64,000 bases of DNA from a virus (Duplodnaviria; Heunggongvirae; Uroviricota; Caudoviricetes): IMG/VR virus record IMGVR_UViG_3300025769_000070; one strand, given 5' to 3'. Numbering within the stretch: the first letter of the stretch is position 1; each line of letters opens with the position of its first letter. The notes beneath the pieces are model-generated. The model saw only the letters and a program-made list of their open reading frames with translations, was not told the origin of the DNA and did no database searches. The translations under genes were made by a program, and so were the position numbers. Shown here piece by piece: positions 19,423 to 28,632 of the stretch.

Positions 19423-21425
19423 TATAAGGCTACCTCAAAGGCTGTATCTATTTCTGTCATGAATTCTGTAGACTGATTTAGATTCATATTTAAAATACTA
19501 TCAGATTCTACATAACTATCTATATTGTTTATACTATGTACATTTAAGTTAAAGGGCTGAGTAGTAACTAAGCTTAAATCAAATTCACATAGAGACTTTT
19601 GTTCTAGTAAAGAAGATAGGCCAGTTGAAAGTTTTGATAGTGAGAATGTATGTTGTCTTCTGATGTTGCCATCAAACAGCACAAGTGATTTAGATTGACC
19701 TCCTATTGATGTTCGGCTCAATAGGGATTTTAGAGTAACTTGTTGTAATCTATTTATATACAGTGGGAAGTTAACAACTTCTGTTCTACCAACTAATACA
19801 CCATTTCCGGTGATTCTAGAACTAGAAGCAAGACTTGCTGACAGTGTCTGAGTTACAATATTGCCATTTATAGCAGCAGATCCGAAGATACTAGCTGAAC
19901 TAGCAGATAACAAACTTCCTACAGCAGACAGGGTAGATGATCCACTGACTAATGAAATTCCGTCAGTAAAAGAATTAGCGTTAGTTATGTTTGAATTTAG
20001 TGTGCTTTGGGCGGAAAGCGACCCATTAATGCTTACTTCTTTACTAGACGTACTTTCCAGTATAGATCGATTAGCTAAACCTGCATTAATAGATAGTATA
20101 ACACCAACATCTGCTGATACTTCAGATGATCCAATTATAGTCTTTTGACTCGTTAAGCTGACTGATCCTATAGCTGTAAGAGTAGAACTCGCCCTAAGAG
20201 ATGAACTCCCTGGTAACTCTTGTCCCCCTTGGGATATTTCCCCAATCAAACGACCTTGTCCAGCAAATAGTAATGGTTTATTTACTATGCTAAAACCGTT
20301 ATTAAACGCCTCTGAAAATGATCCAGGAGAATATCCGCCATTTATTATTAAGCTATTATTAGATCTAATTCTTGAAGAAGATATTAAAGATGTTGAGTTA
20401 CTTATAGTATTGACTATAGTACCAGTAAGTTCTGCCTGTGAGCCAAAACTAGAACCTACAGATAATATCAAACTATTGTCAGGAACTATTGAAGCTTTAC
20501 TACTTAAATTAGCACTATTAGAAGTAGATAGACTGCCTACAGAAAATACTCTAGAAGTACTTGACAACGATACAGAACCGCTTGAAATATTCGTAACGTT
20601 TACGTCTACTCTAGATGTAGAGGCTAAGGAAGCCCTTCCTCCAATACTTACATTAGCACTGCTAGAGACAGTAGCAGAAGCTGAGATAGTCGCTGCTATT
20701 ATTTTTGTTAAGGAGCCATTGACTACTGAAGTATTATTTGATACAATAGAGGAGTTGCCGGAGATTATTAATGACGGATCTCCAACTAGACTACCCGTAC
20801 CAGACATCGTCAATACAGGGTTGCTTGTAGTCAATTTTCCGTCTGACCGTACTTCACTGGATGTAGATAGAGTTTGATCTCCATCAATAATTATACTTCC
20901 TTGACTATCCAAAGAAGCACTTCCGGTAAGTACAGAAGATATCTGCTTAGATATATTTCCTTCGCCACTAAGAAAAGAACTAGCACTTAGTGAAGAAGAT
21001 ATGGCCTTAGATGAACTTCCTTGACTATTGAGAGAAGAGTTCTCTGCTAATGAAGCATCTACCGAGCCAGATAAACTTCCCTGACTTTCTAGAGAGATAT
21101 TCGAAGCTAGTGAGGAAGATATCGAGCTAGATAAACTCCCCTGGCTTTCGAGAGAAGCATTCGATACAAGTGAAGAATATATCGATTGAGATATACTTCC
21201 TGTAAAATTAACTTCAGAAGAGGCTGGTAAAAAGGCAGGGCTGGATAATACAAAAGAAGCCTCAGACACTAATGTAGCTTGAGAAGCTAGACTAATATCT
21301 GAGGCTTTAATGAAGCTTGGTCCGGCACTTATAGTTGACGTGGCAGACAGTGTAGACGCACCATCCTTGAATCCACCACCAAGTGATGAAAATGGTAACG
21401 TGCTAAAGGCTTCAATACTAAACAT
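19422..21425 (-). CDS. Ser-rich low-complexity repeat structural protein
   Basis: 667 aa, about 30% Ser, with recurring SSSLASNxSLESQGSLS modules. Start overlaps the stop of the next gene. Sits in the structural operon. Confidence 0.5.
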   Translation of the reverse strand: MFSIEAFSTLPFSSLGGGFKDGASTLSATSTISAGPSFIKASDISLASQATLVSEASFVLSSPAFLPASSEVNFTGSISQSIYSSLVSNASLESQGSLSSSISSSLASNISLESQGSLSGSVDASLAENSSLNSQGSSSKAISSSLSASSFLSGEGNISKQISSVLTGSASLDSQGSIIIDGDQTLSTSSEVRSDGKLTTSNPVLTMSGTGSLVGDPSLIISGNSSIVSNNTSVVNGSLTKIIAATISASATVSSSANVSIGGRASLASTSRVDVNVTNISSGSVSLSSTSRVFSVGSLSTSNSANLSSKASIVPDNSLILSVGSSFGSQAELTGTIVNTISNSTSLISSSRIRSNNSLIINGGYSPGSFSEAFNNGFSIVNKPLLFAGQGRLIGEISQGGQELPGSSSLRASSTLTAIGSVSLTSQKTIIGSSEVSADVGVILSINAGLANRSILESTSSKEVSINGSLSAQSTLNSNITNANSFTDGISLVSGSSTLSAVGSLLSASSASIFGSAAINGNIVTQTLSASLASSSRITGNGVLVGRTEVVNFPLYINRLQQVTLKSLLSRTSIGGQSKSLVLFDGNIRRQHTFSLSKLSTGLSSLLEQKSLCEFDLSLVTTQPFNLNVHSINNIDSYVESDSILNMNLNQSTEFMTEIDTAFEVAL

Positions 21426-21446
21426 GACTTAACCTATTTAAAAGGA

Positions 21447-21863
21447 TTAGTCAAATTTAATATCAAGATCTGATATATTGAACCGGAATGTATCTCCCAA
21501 TAAAACATCTCTAGGGGTTGTTAAACCACCCTTAAAGAAGATATTACCGCCACTTAGAGCATCTGCAATAATAACTCCACTAGCATATCCCCAATTCCCT
21601 GCGGCAGTAGGGAAAGTAATAGCTGTATTATTAGAGACAAGTTGACCGCTACCATCTACCGTTGGTGGATCAAAATTACCAGTTGGGACGTGAACTCGTG
21701 CATATCCATTTCCAGTAATTTCATTGGCTGAAGGATTTGATTCGCTAGGATAGTCAGAAGTTAAACCAATATAAACACCTGTAGAAGGAAGAGTAAAAGA
21801 TTGACCCCTAAAAATAGCCGATAATAGGCCGGATTCAAAATAGTCGGTCATCGCATTGCTCAT
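21447..21863 (-). CDS. hypothetical structural protein
   Basis: 138-aa ORF between the homing endonuclease and the Ser-rich protein. Confidence 0.4.
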   Translation of the reverse strand: MSNAMTDYFESGLLSAIFRGQSFTLPSTGVYIGLTSDYPSESNPSANEITGNGYARVHVPTGNFDPPTVDGSGQLVSNNTAITFPTAAGNWGYASGVIIADALSGGNIFFKGGLTTPRDVLLGDTFRFNISDLDIKFD

Positions 21864-21913
21864 GACGACTCCTTATTATTTTTGTGTAATGAATTAACAA
21901 GCTATACAATCTA

Positions 21914-23524
21914 TTACACCTTATTATAGGTTTTTACCCATTTAGCCTGACCACAATCCCAAATCTTGTTCATACCGTGTTCATATCCAGTATTTGAGGG
22001 GAATTTCATACGGTGGTAGGTAGACTGAGTGTCTGTCCACTTAAAACTTTTGTAACACGATTGACAAGAAAATCCTAAATCAGACAAATATTCTCCAGAT
22101 CCGTATCTTTTATCAATAAATGTCGTAATACTATCTGGATTGTTCTCTAGTTCAAAAGATTTTAATAATCTAGAGAACCCCCCAGGAATAGAATACCCCT
22201 TCTTTGGACAGAATCTACTAATTTCCCAATTATTATCTTTTTTTCTTCTGACTCTCATAGCACAATAAACGATTTTGTCATTATGTAGTGTATATGTTAG
22301 CCCCTGACCTTTTCCCATTAAATGGTTATCTTCAAAAAACATTTTTGATAATGAAGCACCCATTTTTCCAATTTTTAGTTTCCTAGCATAAATAGTATCG
22401 CTGATTGATAGTTTGTTATTGATAATAGATTCAACAATTTCAAATTTATTCAATAACTCGTCTTCTAAAAAGAAAAGGGACTTATAGCCAAGTGCTTCAT
22501 AAGCGTCTTTTTTATTTATATGATATCTGTCATCCTGTTGAATTTTATCTGAGTGCCAAAATAACCCGTCCGTTTCAATAATTAAACTAAATTCCGGAAT
22601 TACAAAGTCAGGGTAAAATCTATCTAATTTTTTATTGTAATCAAAATCTATTCCTTTCTCTTTTAATAGATTAAAAATTAAAGTTTCGATGTTAGTCATA
22701 CTCTTTTTGTAATTAATAGCATAGTCCCATCCATGCTGATTTGCTAATGTCGCAAAGTAACTTCTAGAAATACCTATCCTTTGAGACCATTCTGTCTTGT
22801 TCATGCCCTTATGAGTTTCTATCTGCCCCATTTCTGTTTTTGTTTTTAGGGACTTAGCATTGATAGCACAGGCATTTTCCGGCACCTGCATATAGTATTC
22901 TTTTCCATATCTATCTAGACAGGTTTGTCTTGATTTCTTTCTAACTTCTTCTAATTGGAAAACGTTATCAACTCCAAACTTTTCTTTTGATAATTTTTTA
23001 CATGATTCCGAAGCTAAATAGTATTCATGACCATATAATTTTTTGTTAGTGTTTTTCCTTTTTTCTTTGAATTCATCAACAGAAGATACGTTCTCTACAC
23101 CATATCTTTTCATACAAGTTTCTTTATATTTACTCTGTACTTCTTGAGATTGTACAGCAAACTCTACTCCGTATTTTTTTAAGCAGGTTTCTTTAGATCT
23201 ATTCTGGACGCTTTTATTCATCATAGGATGTTCAGCTCCATATTTTTCCAAATTAGTTTCTTTTATTTTATCTTTAATGTCTTTTCTTTGGAATGGATTA
23301 GACACCCCATGTTTCTGTATAGATATCTCTTCCCTCTTTTTATCACGACATTTTTTACAACAGTCTTTTGGTAATTTATCTCTACCAGTACTATATATCT
23401 TCATTGTTGTTTCATAGGTATTCTCACAGTAATCACAGAGGGCTAATATTTTTTTACGAGAGAACTTACTTAGGTTTTTGACTTCATATCCAAATTTTGA
23501 TTTAGTTTGTTCGTTTAAAAACAT
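21914..23524 (-). CDS. free-standing homing endonuclease (Vsr/DUF559-type PD-(D/E)xK domain, HEF-like)
   Basis: C-terminal IIETDGLFWHSD...D motif typical of the Vsr-like/DUF559 endonuclease core. N-terminal CxxC pair plus tandem ~30-aa E(T/S)xxKKYGV repeats, probably DNA-binding modules. Inserted between the capsid and tail modules. Confidence 0.55.
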   Translation of the reverse strand: MFLNEQTKSKFGYEVKNLSKFSRKKILALCDYCENTYETTMKIYSTGRDKLPKDCCKKCRDKKREEISIQKHGVSNPFQRKDIKDKIKETNLEKYGAEHPMMNKSVQNRSKETCLKKYGVEFAVQSQEVQSKYKETCMKRYGVENVSSVDEFKEKRKNTNKKLYGHEYYLASESCKKLSKEKFGVDNVFQLEEVRKKSRQTCLDRYGKEYYMQVPENACAINAKSLKTKTEMGQIETHKGMNKTEWSQRIGISRSYFATLANQHGWDYAINYKKSMTNIETLIFNLLKEKGIDFDYNKKLDRFYPDFVIPEFSLIIETDGLFWHSDKIQQDDRYHINKKDAYEALGYKSLFFLEDELLNKFEIVESIINNKLSISDTIYARKLKIGKMGASLSKMFFEDNHLMGKGQGLTYTLHNDKIVYCAMRVRRKKDNNWEISRFCPKKGYSIPGGFSRLLKSFELENNPDSITTFIDKRYGSGEYLSDLGFSCQSCYKSFKWTDTQSTYHRMKFPSNTGYEHGMNKIWDCGQAKWVKTYNKV

Positions 23525-23551
23525 TCTATGATTCCTAAAGAGACTATTTTC

Positions 23552-23588
23552 AATAAAAAAAGAGAGGCGGGCCGAAACCCGCCTCTCT
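23552..23588 (-). terminator. rho-independent terminator after the capsid gene
   Basis: Minus-strand hairpin AGAGAGGCGGG-uuucgg-CCCGCCUCUCU followed by a U7 tract. Confidence 0.6.
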
Positions 23589-23605
23589 ATTATAGCAAAA
23601 ATATC

Positions 23606-24616
23606 TTAGAAACTAGCCGCAATTACACGTCGAGAATCCAATACCCCAAAACCTAGCTCACTAAATCCGTAAAAACCCATCTTCTGATGACGATGCAGCA
23701 TCTCATCTTCGAAGATAGTAACTTCTTGTTTAACTGGCATAACAAAGCTATCGCTAGCCTTGAGGTCAAGACCGATAACCAGTTCTACATCACCATTAGG
23801 ACCAAGTGCCCCACCAAGATTGTTAGTGAAGTAGTTCTGATATTCTTGGCTCTGTCCGAGTTCATCAAGAGCATGAAGATTAACATTGAACAAGCGAGAA
23901 AGTGCTCCACTTTCATCATTAGCGACATGAACTTCTCGACGACTAGTGTCATCAAGCTGATCAACGCCCCAGTTTCGCATGTCCTCAATTCCTTCAGGAC
24001 TCAGATAAGCATCGGTCAATTGACCACGATTCATAGAACCAGAGTTACCGCCACCATTACGTCTCATAACGGTCTTCATCAGACTTACGAGTCGTTTGGT
24101 GAACTGACCAGGAGCCGCATCAGTATCGAACAGCAAGATATTACGATCAACAGTAGCAGCCAAAATAGTATGCCAACCATCATCGTTCATCTTCTTGACG
24201 AAACCAGCTTCCAGGGCTTGAGCGGCACGATTCACAACGTCCCAACGTGCTTCGCGAACATATCGAAGAAGCATATCGATTGAGTTAGTAATTGAGTACG
24301 TAGGAATCGTCACATAGTCGCCTTCAACAGTCCGCTCAGGCACACGACCATGACCAGGATTGGTGTAAGCGACAAATTCATCTTCTTCTCCTGGAGCAAT
24401 AAGATCCAGAGGAAATTCAGTTGAAGTACCTGGCTCCATAGGAATGCGTTCAAAGATACCACCAAGGATATCTCCAACAAGAACGCCTTCTCGGAGAGGC
24501 AATTCAATAGCTTTAGCCAACTGATGCTGTGCGACAAGAGCTTCCGGCTTATTAGAACTACCGGCCCTTTTGATCAGTTCGATAAAGTCAGGACTAGGTT
24601 TAGTAAGAATAGACAT
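23606..24616 (-). CDS. major capsid protein
   Basis: 336 aa, immediately downstream of the scaffold and decoration genes and followed by a strong terminator. Composition and size fit an HK97-fold MCP. Assignment rests on synteny. Confidence 0.55.
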   Translation of the reverse strand: MSILTKPSPDFIELIKRAGSSNKPEALVAQHQLAKAIELPLREGVLVGDILGGIFERIPMEPGTSTEFPLDLIAPGEEDEFVAYTNPGHGRVPERTVEGDYVTIPTYSITNSIDMLLRYVREARWDVVNRAAQALEAGFVKKMNDDGWHTILAATVDRNILLFDTDAAPGQFTKRLVSLMKTVMRRNGGGNSGSMNRGQLTDAYLSPEGIEDMRNWGVDQLDDTSRREVHVANDESGALSRLFNVNLHALDELGQSQEYQNYFTNNLGGALGPNGDVELVIGLDLKASDSFVMPVKQEVTIFEDEMLHRHQKMGFYGFSELGFGVLDSRRVIAASF

Positions 24617-24641
24617 TTATTTTACCCCTAAGAAAAGTTTG

Positions 24642-25091
24642 TTAGACGTTGACAGCGACCTTGGCAAAGCCATCGGCGTTCTTCGTTGATAGAAATTGAC
24701 CAATTTTTGGAGCCGTACCATCCTGCGTAGCAGAGCAGTTGCCCGAATCAGCCAAATAACAATCTTGGCCTGCCGTTGGAGTACCAGAAATCTGGTCCGT
24801 AACGACCCAACCTTTTCGCAAGAGGGTAACTTTACCTCCCTGCTGAACTTCATCTTTCTGCCAATTAATATGATAACGAGACTGATCAATATTAACGACA
24901 TCATTTAAAAGAATACCAGCAAACTTCGCACCACTTGCTTCTGCTGCAACTGTAACAACAGCGTTGCTGTTATCCATTGCGGAACCAGAACCAGCAGTAC
25001 TGATACTCATGAACTGACCTTTTTCAGCCGTTTCGTTAATGAAAAAACTAATGTCAGTATCAAGTTCGTTTCGATCACCTTTAAGAGCCAT
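24642..25091 (-). CDS. head decoration-like protein
   Basis: About 149 aa (start MALKGD with an AGGGG SD). Located between the scaffold and capsid genes, the usual position and size for a decoration protein. Confidence 0.4.
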   Translation of the reverse strand: MALKGDRNELDTDISFFINETAEKGQFMSISTAGSGSAMDNSNAVVTVAAEASGAKFAGILLNDVVNIDQSRYHINWQKDEVQQGGKVTLLRKGWVVTDQISGTPTAGQDCYLADSGNCSATQDGTAPKIGQFLSTKNADGFAKVAVNV

Positions 25092-25106
25092 TGTAAACAC
25101 CCCTGA

Positions 25107-26456
25107 TTATTTAAGGTTTTGAGTAGTTTTAAGAACATTTCTAAAATAACTAGCAGTAGAAGCAAACGTATCTGTCAGATCTTCTGGAGTAGAAATAAGA
25201 GCGGCTTCCGCTTCTTGTTCAACTTCCTCAAGTTCTTCAGCAACACTTTCTTCTACTTCTTCTACTTCTTCTTCTACCGCTTCAGCAATAACTACTTCAG
25301 GAGTAGCCTGTGGCGTATGGACCAATTCCAACATCGCTGCAAAAGCTTCATCATCTACAGAGTCGAACTTTTCTAAAAGATTGCCGACTTTGTCTTCAGT
25401 AATACCAACTTCAAGAGCCTGCTTAGTACGATTCAACGTGCGAATAGTAGCAACAGCCTCAGTGAGTTTAGTCTTGGAAGCATCTAGTTCAGATTTGACC
25501 GTAGCCAATTCTGTACTAAGAGCTTTTTCAGTTTCTACATGCTGTGCGATAGTTTCATTAAGTTCAGCAATCACAGCATCTTTTTCATTTTTCACATTTT
25601 CAAGTTCTGTAAGAGTAACGGAAGCTACGGCAGCTTCCAATTCAGGACTCGTGACCGATTGAGCATCGGACATAGCAAACTCCTTAATTTTAAAAGGTTG
25701 AGTTTCTTGCTCGAATACATCTTGGTTCGAATCAAGAATGATACTTCTAGGATTAGCAGGTTGATTAACTAAGCCTTTACCAGAAAAAGAGATATTACGC
25801 AATAATCTACCAACTTTGTATCCATTCCATTTACCTTCGCCTCCATAAACCCGGAGATGTTTTGTTAAGAATGCAGAGTCTTCATCTCTAACAACTACAT
25901 TTATTTTACCTTCTGGACTAATCACAGAATAATCAAAGTCAGAAAATAGACACTCCATAGAGACTGCCCATTTTCCTTCATCAATCTCTTCAGTCAAAGA
26001 TTTAATTCTTTGACGGAGTTCTGGATCACTCCAGCTTTTATAAATAACAGCCGAAGTAATAATATCGAATACTTCTGGTCTTTCTTCAGATACAACCTTC
26101 GACCCATCTTGATCAACAACAATAGAACCAGTTATATGCCCAATGATATCAGTTTCATTATGCATATAGTTAAATTGCTTATCTACCGGAGTATCTCTTG
26201 CCGCCCAAACTTCATCAGGATCAAAAACATCGTCGTTTTTATTCCATCCAGTAGAGACAAGGATTGAGTTCAGATAATATAAATCAATCTGGTCAGGATT
26301 TGAATTACCAAAACCAGCAATAGTCTTTTGAATATCTTCTTTAGAAGGATGGGTATAGTCAGCATCAAGAAGAATTTTTGCTTCTAGTGCCACACTAGCA
26401 CTAGACTTAACTATATCACTTAAACCATCTAAAATTTCTTGTTCATATATTTTCAT
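25107..26456 (-). CDS. scaffolding protein (N-terminal globular domain, possible prohead protease fusion)
   Basis: 449 aa. The C-terminal half is a coiled-coil, Ala/Glu-rich region with EEEVEEVEE acidic repeats. Lies between the portal and decoration genes. Confidence 0.5.
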   Translation of the reverse strand: MKIYEQEILDGLSDIVKSSASVALEAKILLDADYTHPSKEDIQKTIAGFGNSNPDQIDLYYLNSILVSTGWNKNDDVFDPDEVWAARDTPVDKQFNYMHNETDIIGHITGSIVVDQDGSKVVSEERPEVFDIITSAVIYKSWSDPELRQRIKSLTEEIDEGKWAVSMECLFSDFDYSVISPEGKINVVVRDEDSAFLTKHLRVYGGEGKWNGYKVGRLLRNISFSGKGLVNQPANPRSIILDSNQDVFEQETQPFKIKEFAMSDAQSVTSPELEAAVASVTLTELENVKNEKDAVIAELNETIAQHVETEKALSTELATVKSELDASKTKLTEAVATIRTLNRTKQALEVGITEDKVGNLLEKFDSVDDEAFAAMLELVHTPQATPEVVIAEAVEEEVEEVEESVAEELEEVEQEAEAALISTPEDLTDTFASTASYFRNVLKTTQNLK

Positions 26457-26487
26457 ATAGTCACCTCGTTTTATTATACACCAAATT

Positions 26488-28578
26488 TTATAATTCGGCG
26501 TCTTTTATTTGAACGTATGCAAAACAATAAATTTGACGCATCTCTTCTAGTGATGGTTCTTTAGAGTTTGAATTGAAGAAATCTTGCTTAAGACTAGCTA
26601 TTTCAGATAGTATTAAGGGGGTGAGATTTGGTTCACTTTCCAATATACCAAGAATTACTTCATCAGTAATCTCTTGAAATAGTTCCAAATGTGATAATAC
26701 ACTTAGTTTTAAAAGTTCAAACTCATTAGACTGAGACTTTGTTAATGTCCTTGAATCTTTCTTATTGCAATGAGCTAGAAAAGAAGGAAGCAGGGAGTCG
26801 GCAATTTTCTTCTGTGCCGATATTGCCCATATTAAGGCAGATGCTTTCCCAGGATTTGTCCTTGGATTGACCCTTCTTTGTTTTCTAGGTTTTGTATCCC
26901 TGGCATTTTTAGGTCTGCCATTTTCCGGACTTGGTTGTTTAGGATTTTCTGACTTTGGATTAGTTCCTGGCTCTTGACCTATAGGAGCTTGGGGGTTACG
27001 TTTTACTCTAGATACTTGCTCAATGCTGATCTGATCCTTATTAAGAGCAATCTTGTTGAACTCATCTTCCTGTTGGGCATTATGATAAGGACCAGCTTTA
27101 GGAGGAATCTTATAGCTTTCTCGTGCTCTGGATTCTCTTTTGACTCTAGCTGTTTCAATCTCTTCATTTTCTCCAAACCTTTCTCTAACTGTTTCGAGAG
27201 AAATAACATCTCTATCAGCTAGTTGTATTAACAAGGCTTTTTCTGAAGAATCATCAGATAGAATCATATGGTCAAAATGTATATAGGCGGGATTCTTGAA
27301 CCCCATAGCTTTCTGGACTTTTCGGATTTCTCCATTCCAGAATTTAGAGAGCATATTTCTACCGTATTCAAGTCTCTCAATTAATGTTTTGAGAGAGATG
27401 AAATTATTAGTAAATCCGCCGCTCTGTCCAGCAATTCCGGTTAAAGTTGGGGGAATACCCAATCCGGCATATATGCTATTTAATACAGGACCATACTTTT
27501 CATTACCTAAGAATTTATAAACCTGGCTATTACTCTCTTTGAAGTCAATTTCCGGACCCCAAACCAGATCCATTGTTCCTCCACCAACGTTAGTAGCTAA
27601 GACATCTCGCAATTTATCAATTGCTGCCTTTGTTGGGAGAATTTTGTGCTCAAGATCTCCTAGACGCCAAAGACGAATATTAGATATAGCACCATCTAGA
27701 GCAGACATATCAGCGAGCTTCATCTTCTCAAGCATCGTGATATCGTCAAGTATTGGGTTAATCATGGGATATGCCCATAATTGCCAATCGTCTTTCTTAT
27801 AATGAAAGACTTCTATAGTTTCTGGTTTTAGCTCAATCCTTTCCTGATTATTTTTTAATGCGTTAATTATATCAACTGGAAGATTTTTGAGTGTCGAATT
27901 TTTCTTTTTAAATTCATCTCGTATCTTTTTAGAGATTTTCACAAAATATTTTTTATCGCCAGAAAATAAAGCAGTCTCACCACCATCTACTTCTATAGTA
28001 GTTGGATTAAGAAAATTGTATACAAAAGGAATTCTACGAGTAGACATTTTCTCTTCGAGGTATTTAAGATCTTCATCACCCTTTGTTAAAGTTCTTTGAT
28101 TTACTTTAGTAAGTTTTACATAACGACGTTTAACAATAACGTTTCCGGTACGAAATAAATTATTTAAGAAACGCTCAGATCGTTCAGACCCACCAATTTC
28201 TTCCCACCAACGACGATAGAATTTTTGGGCATTAGGATCACTATGAACCAAACTAATCCCTTGTGAGCCAAAATCGCCCATCAAGTCGATAACGTTTTTT
28301 ATAATCCCAACTTTATCATATGCAGACATACATCGCTGCATAATATCCTGTTGATGATTGGGAGGTTCTTCCCCCGGTCTGAATCCATAATAACTATTTT
28401 TACTATAGCTATCACGAACAGAAAGACCTGGCTCCATACTGAGGAAGGTCCGGCTTGAAGCACTAGCGGACATCATTCCTTGATATGAAGATAAATTTTC
28501 AGATGCTCTTTCTAAAGCATCTTTATCATTCATATCTATATATAGATTTTTAGCTGTACTAAGATTTTCTTCAGACAT
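26488..28578 (-). CDS. portal protein
   Basis: 696 aa, immediately downstream of the terminase large subunit, with a basic/Pro-rich C-terminal tail. Assigned by synteny. Confidence 0.55.
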   Translation of the reverse strand: MSEENLSTAKNLYIDMNDKDALERASENLSSYQGMMSASASSRTFLSMEPGLSVRDSYSKNSYYGFRPGEEPPNHQQDIMQRCMSAYDKVGIIKNVIDLMGDFGSQGISLVHSDPNAQKFYRRWWEEIGGSERSERFLNNLFRTGNVIVKRRYVKLTKVNQRTLTKGDEDLKYLEEKMSTRRIPFVYNFLNPTTIEVDGGETALFSGDKKYFVKISKKIRDEFKKKNSTLKNLPVDIINALKNNQERIELKPETIEVFHYKKDDWQLWAYPMINPILDDITMLEKMKLADMSALDGAISNIRLWRLGDLEHKILPTKAAIDKLRDVLATNVGGGTMDLVWGPEIDFKESNSQVYKFLGNEKYGPVLNSIYAGLGIPPTLTGIAGQSGGFTNNFISLKTLIERLEYGRNMLSKFWNGEIRKVQKAMGFKNPAYIHFDHMILSDDSSEKALLIQLADRDVISLETVRERFGENEEIETARVKRESRARESYKIPPKAGPYHNAQQEDEFNKIALNKDQISIEQVSRVKRNPQAPIGQEPGTNPKSENPKQPSPENGRPKNARDTKPRKQRRVNPRTNPGKASALIWAISAQKKIADSLLPSFLAHCNKKDSRTLTKSQSNEFELLKLSVLSHLELFQEITDEVILGILESEPNLTPLILSEIASLKQDFFNSNSKEPSLEEMRQIYCFAYVQIKDAEL

Positions 28579-28632
28579 AATCTAACCTTGTTATGATTAC
28601 AATTAAACTACGTCTGTTTAATACACCGTTTT

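Noticed and set aside
20287-20877. 196-aa plus-strand ORF (Glu/Leu-rich)
   Set aside because: Antisense shadow of the Ser-rich gene. AGC/TCT-rich coding DNA yields an open antisense frame.
23687-24283. 198-aa plus-strand ORF and minus ORFs 23785-23988, 24310-24537 within the capsid gene
   Set aside because: Overlap the well-supported MCP frame. No independent signals.
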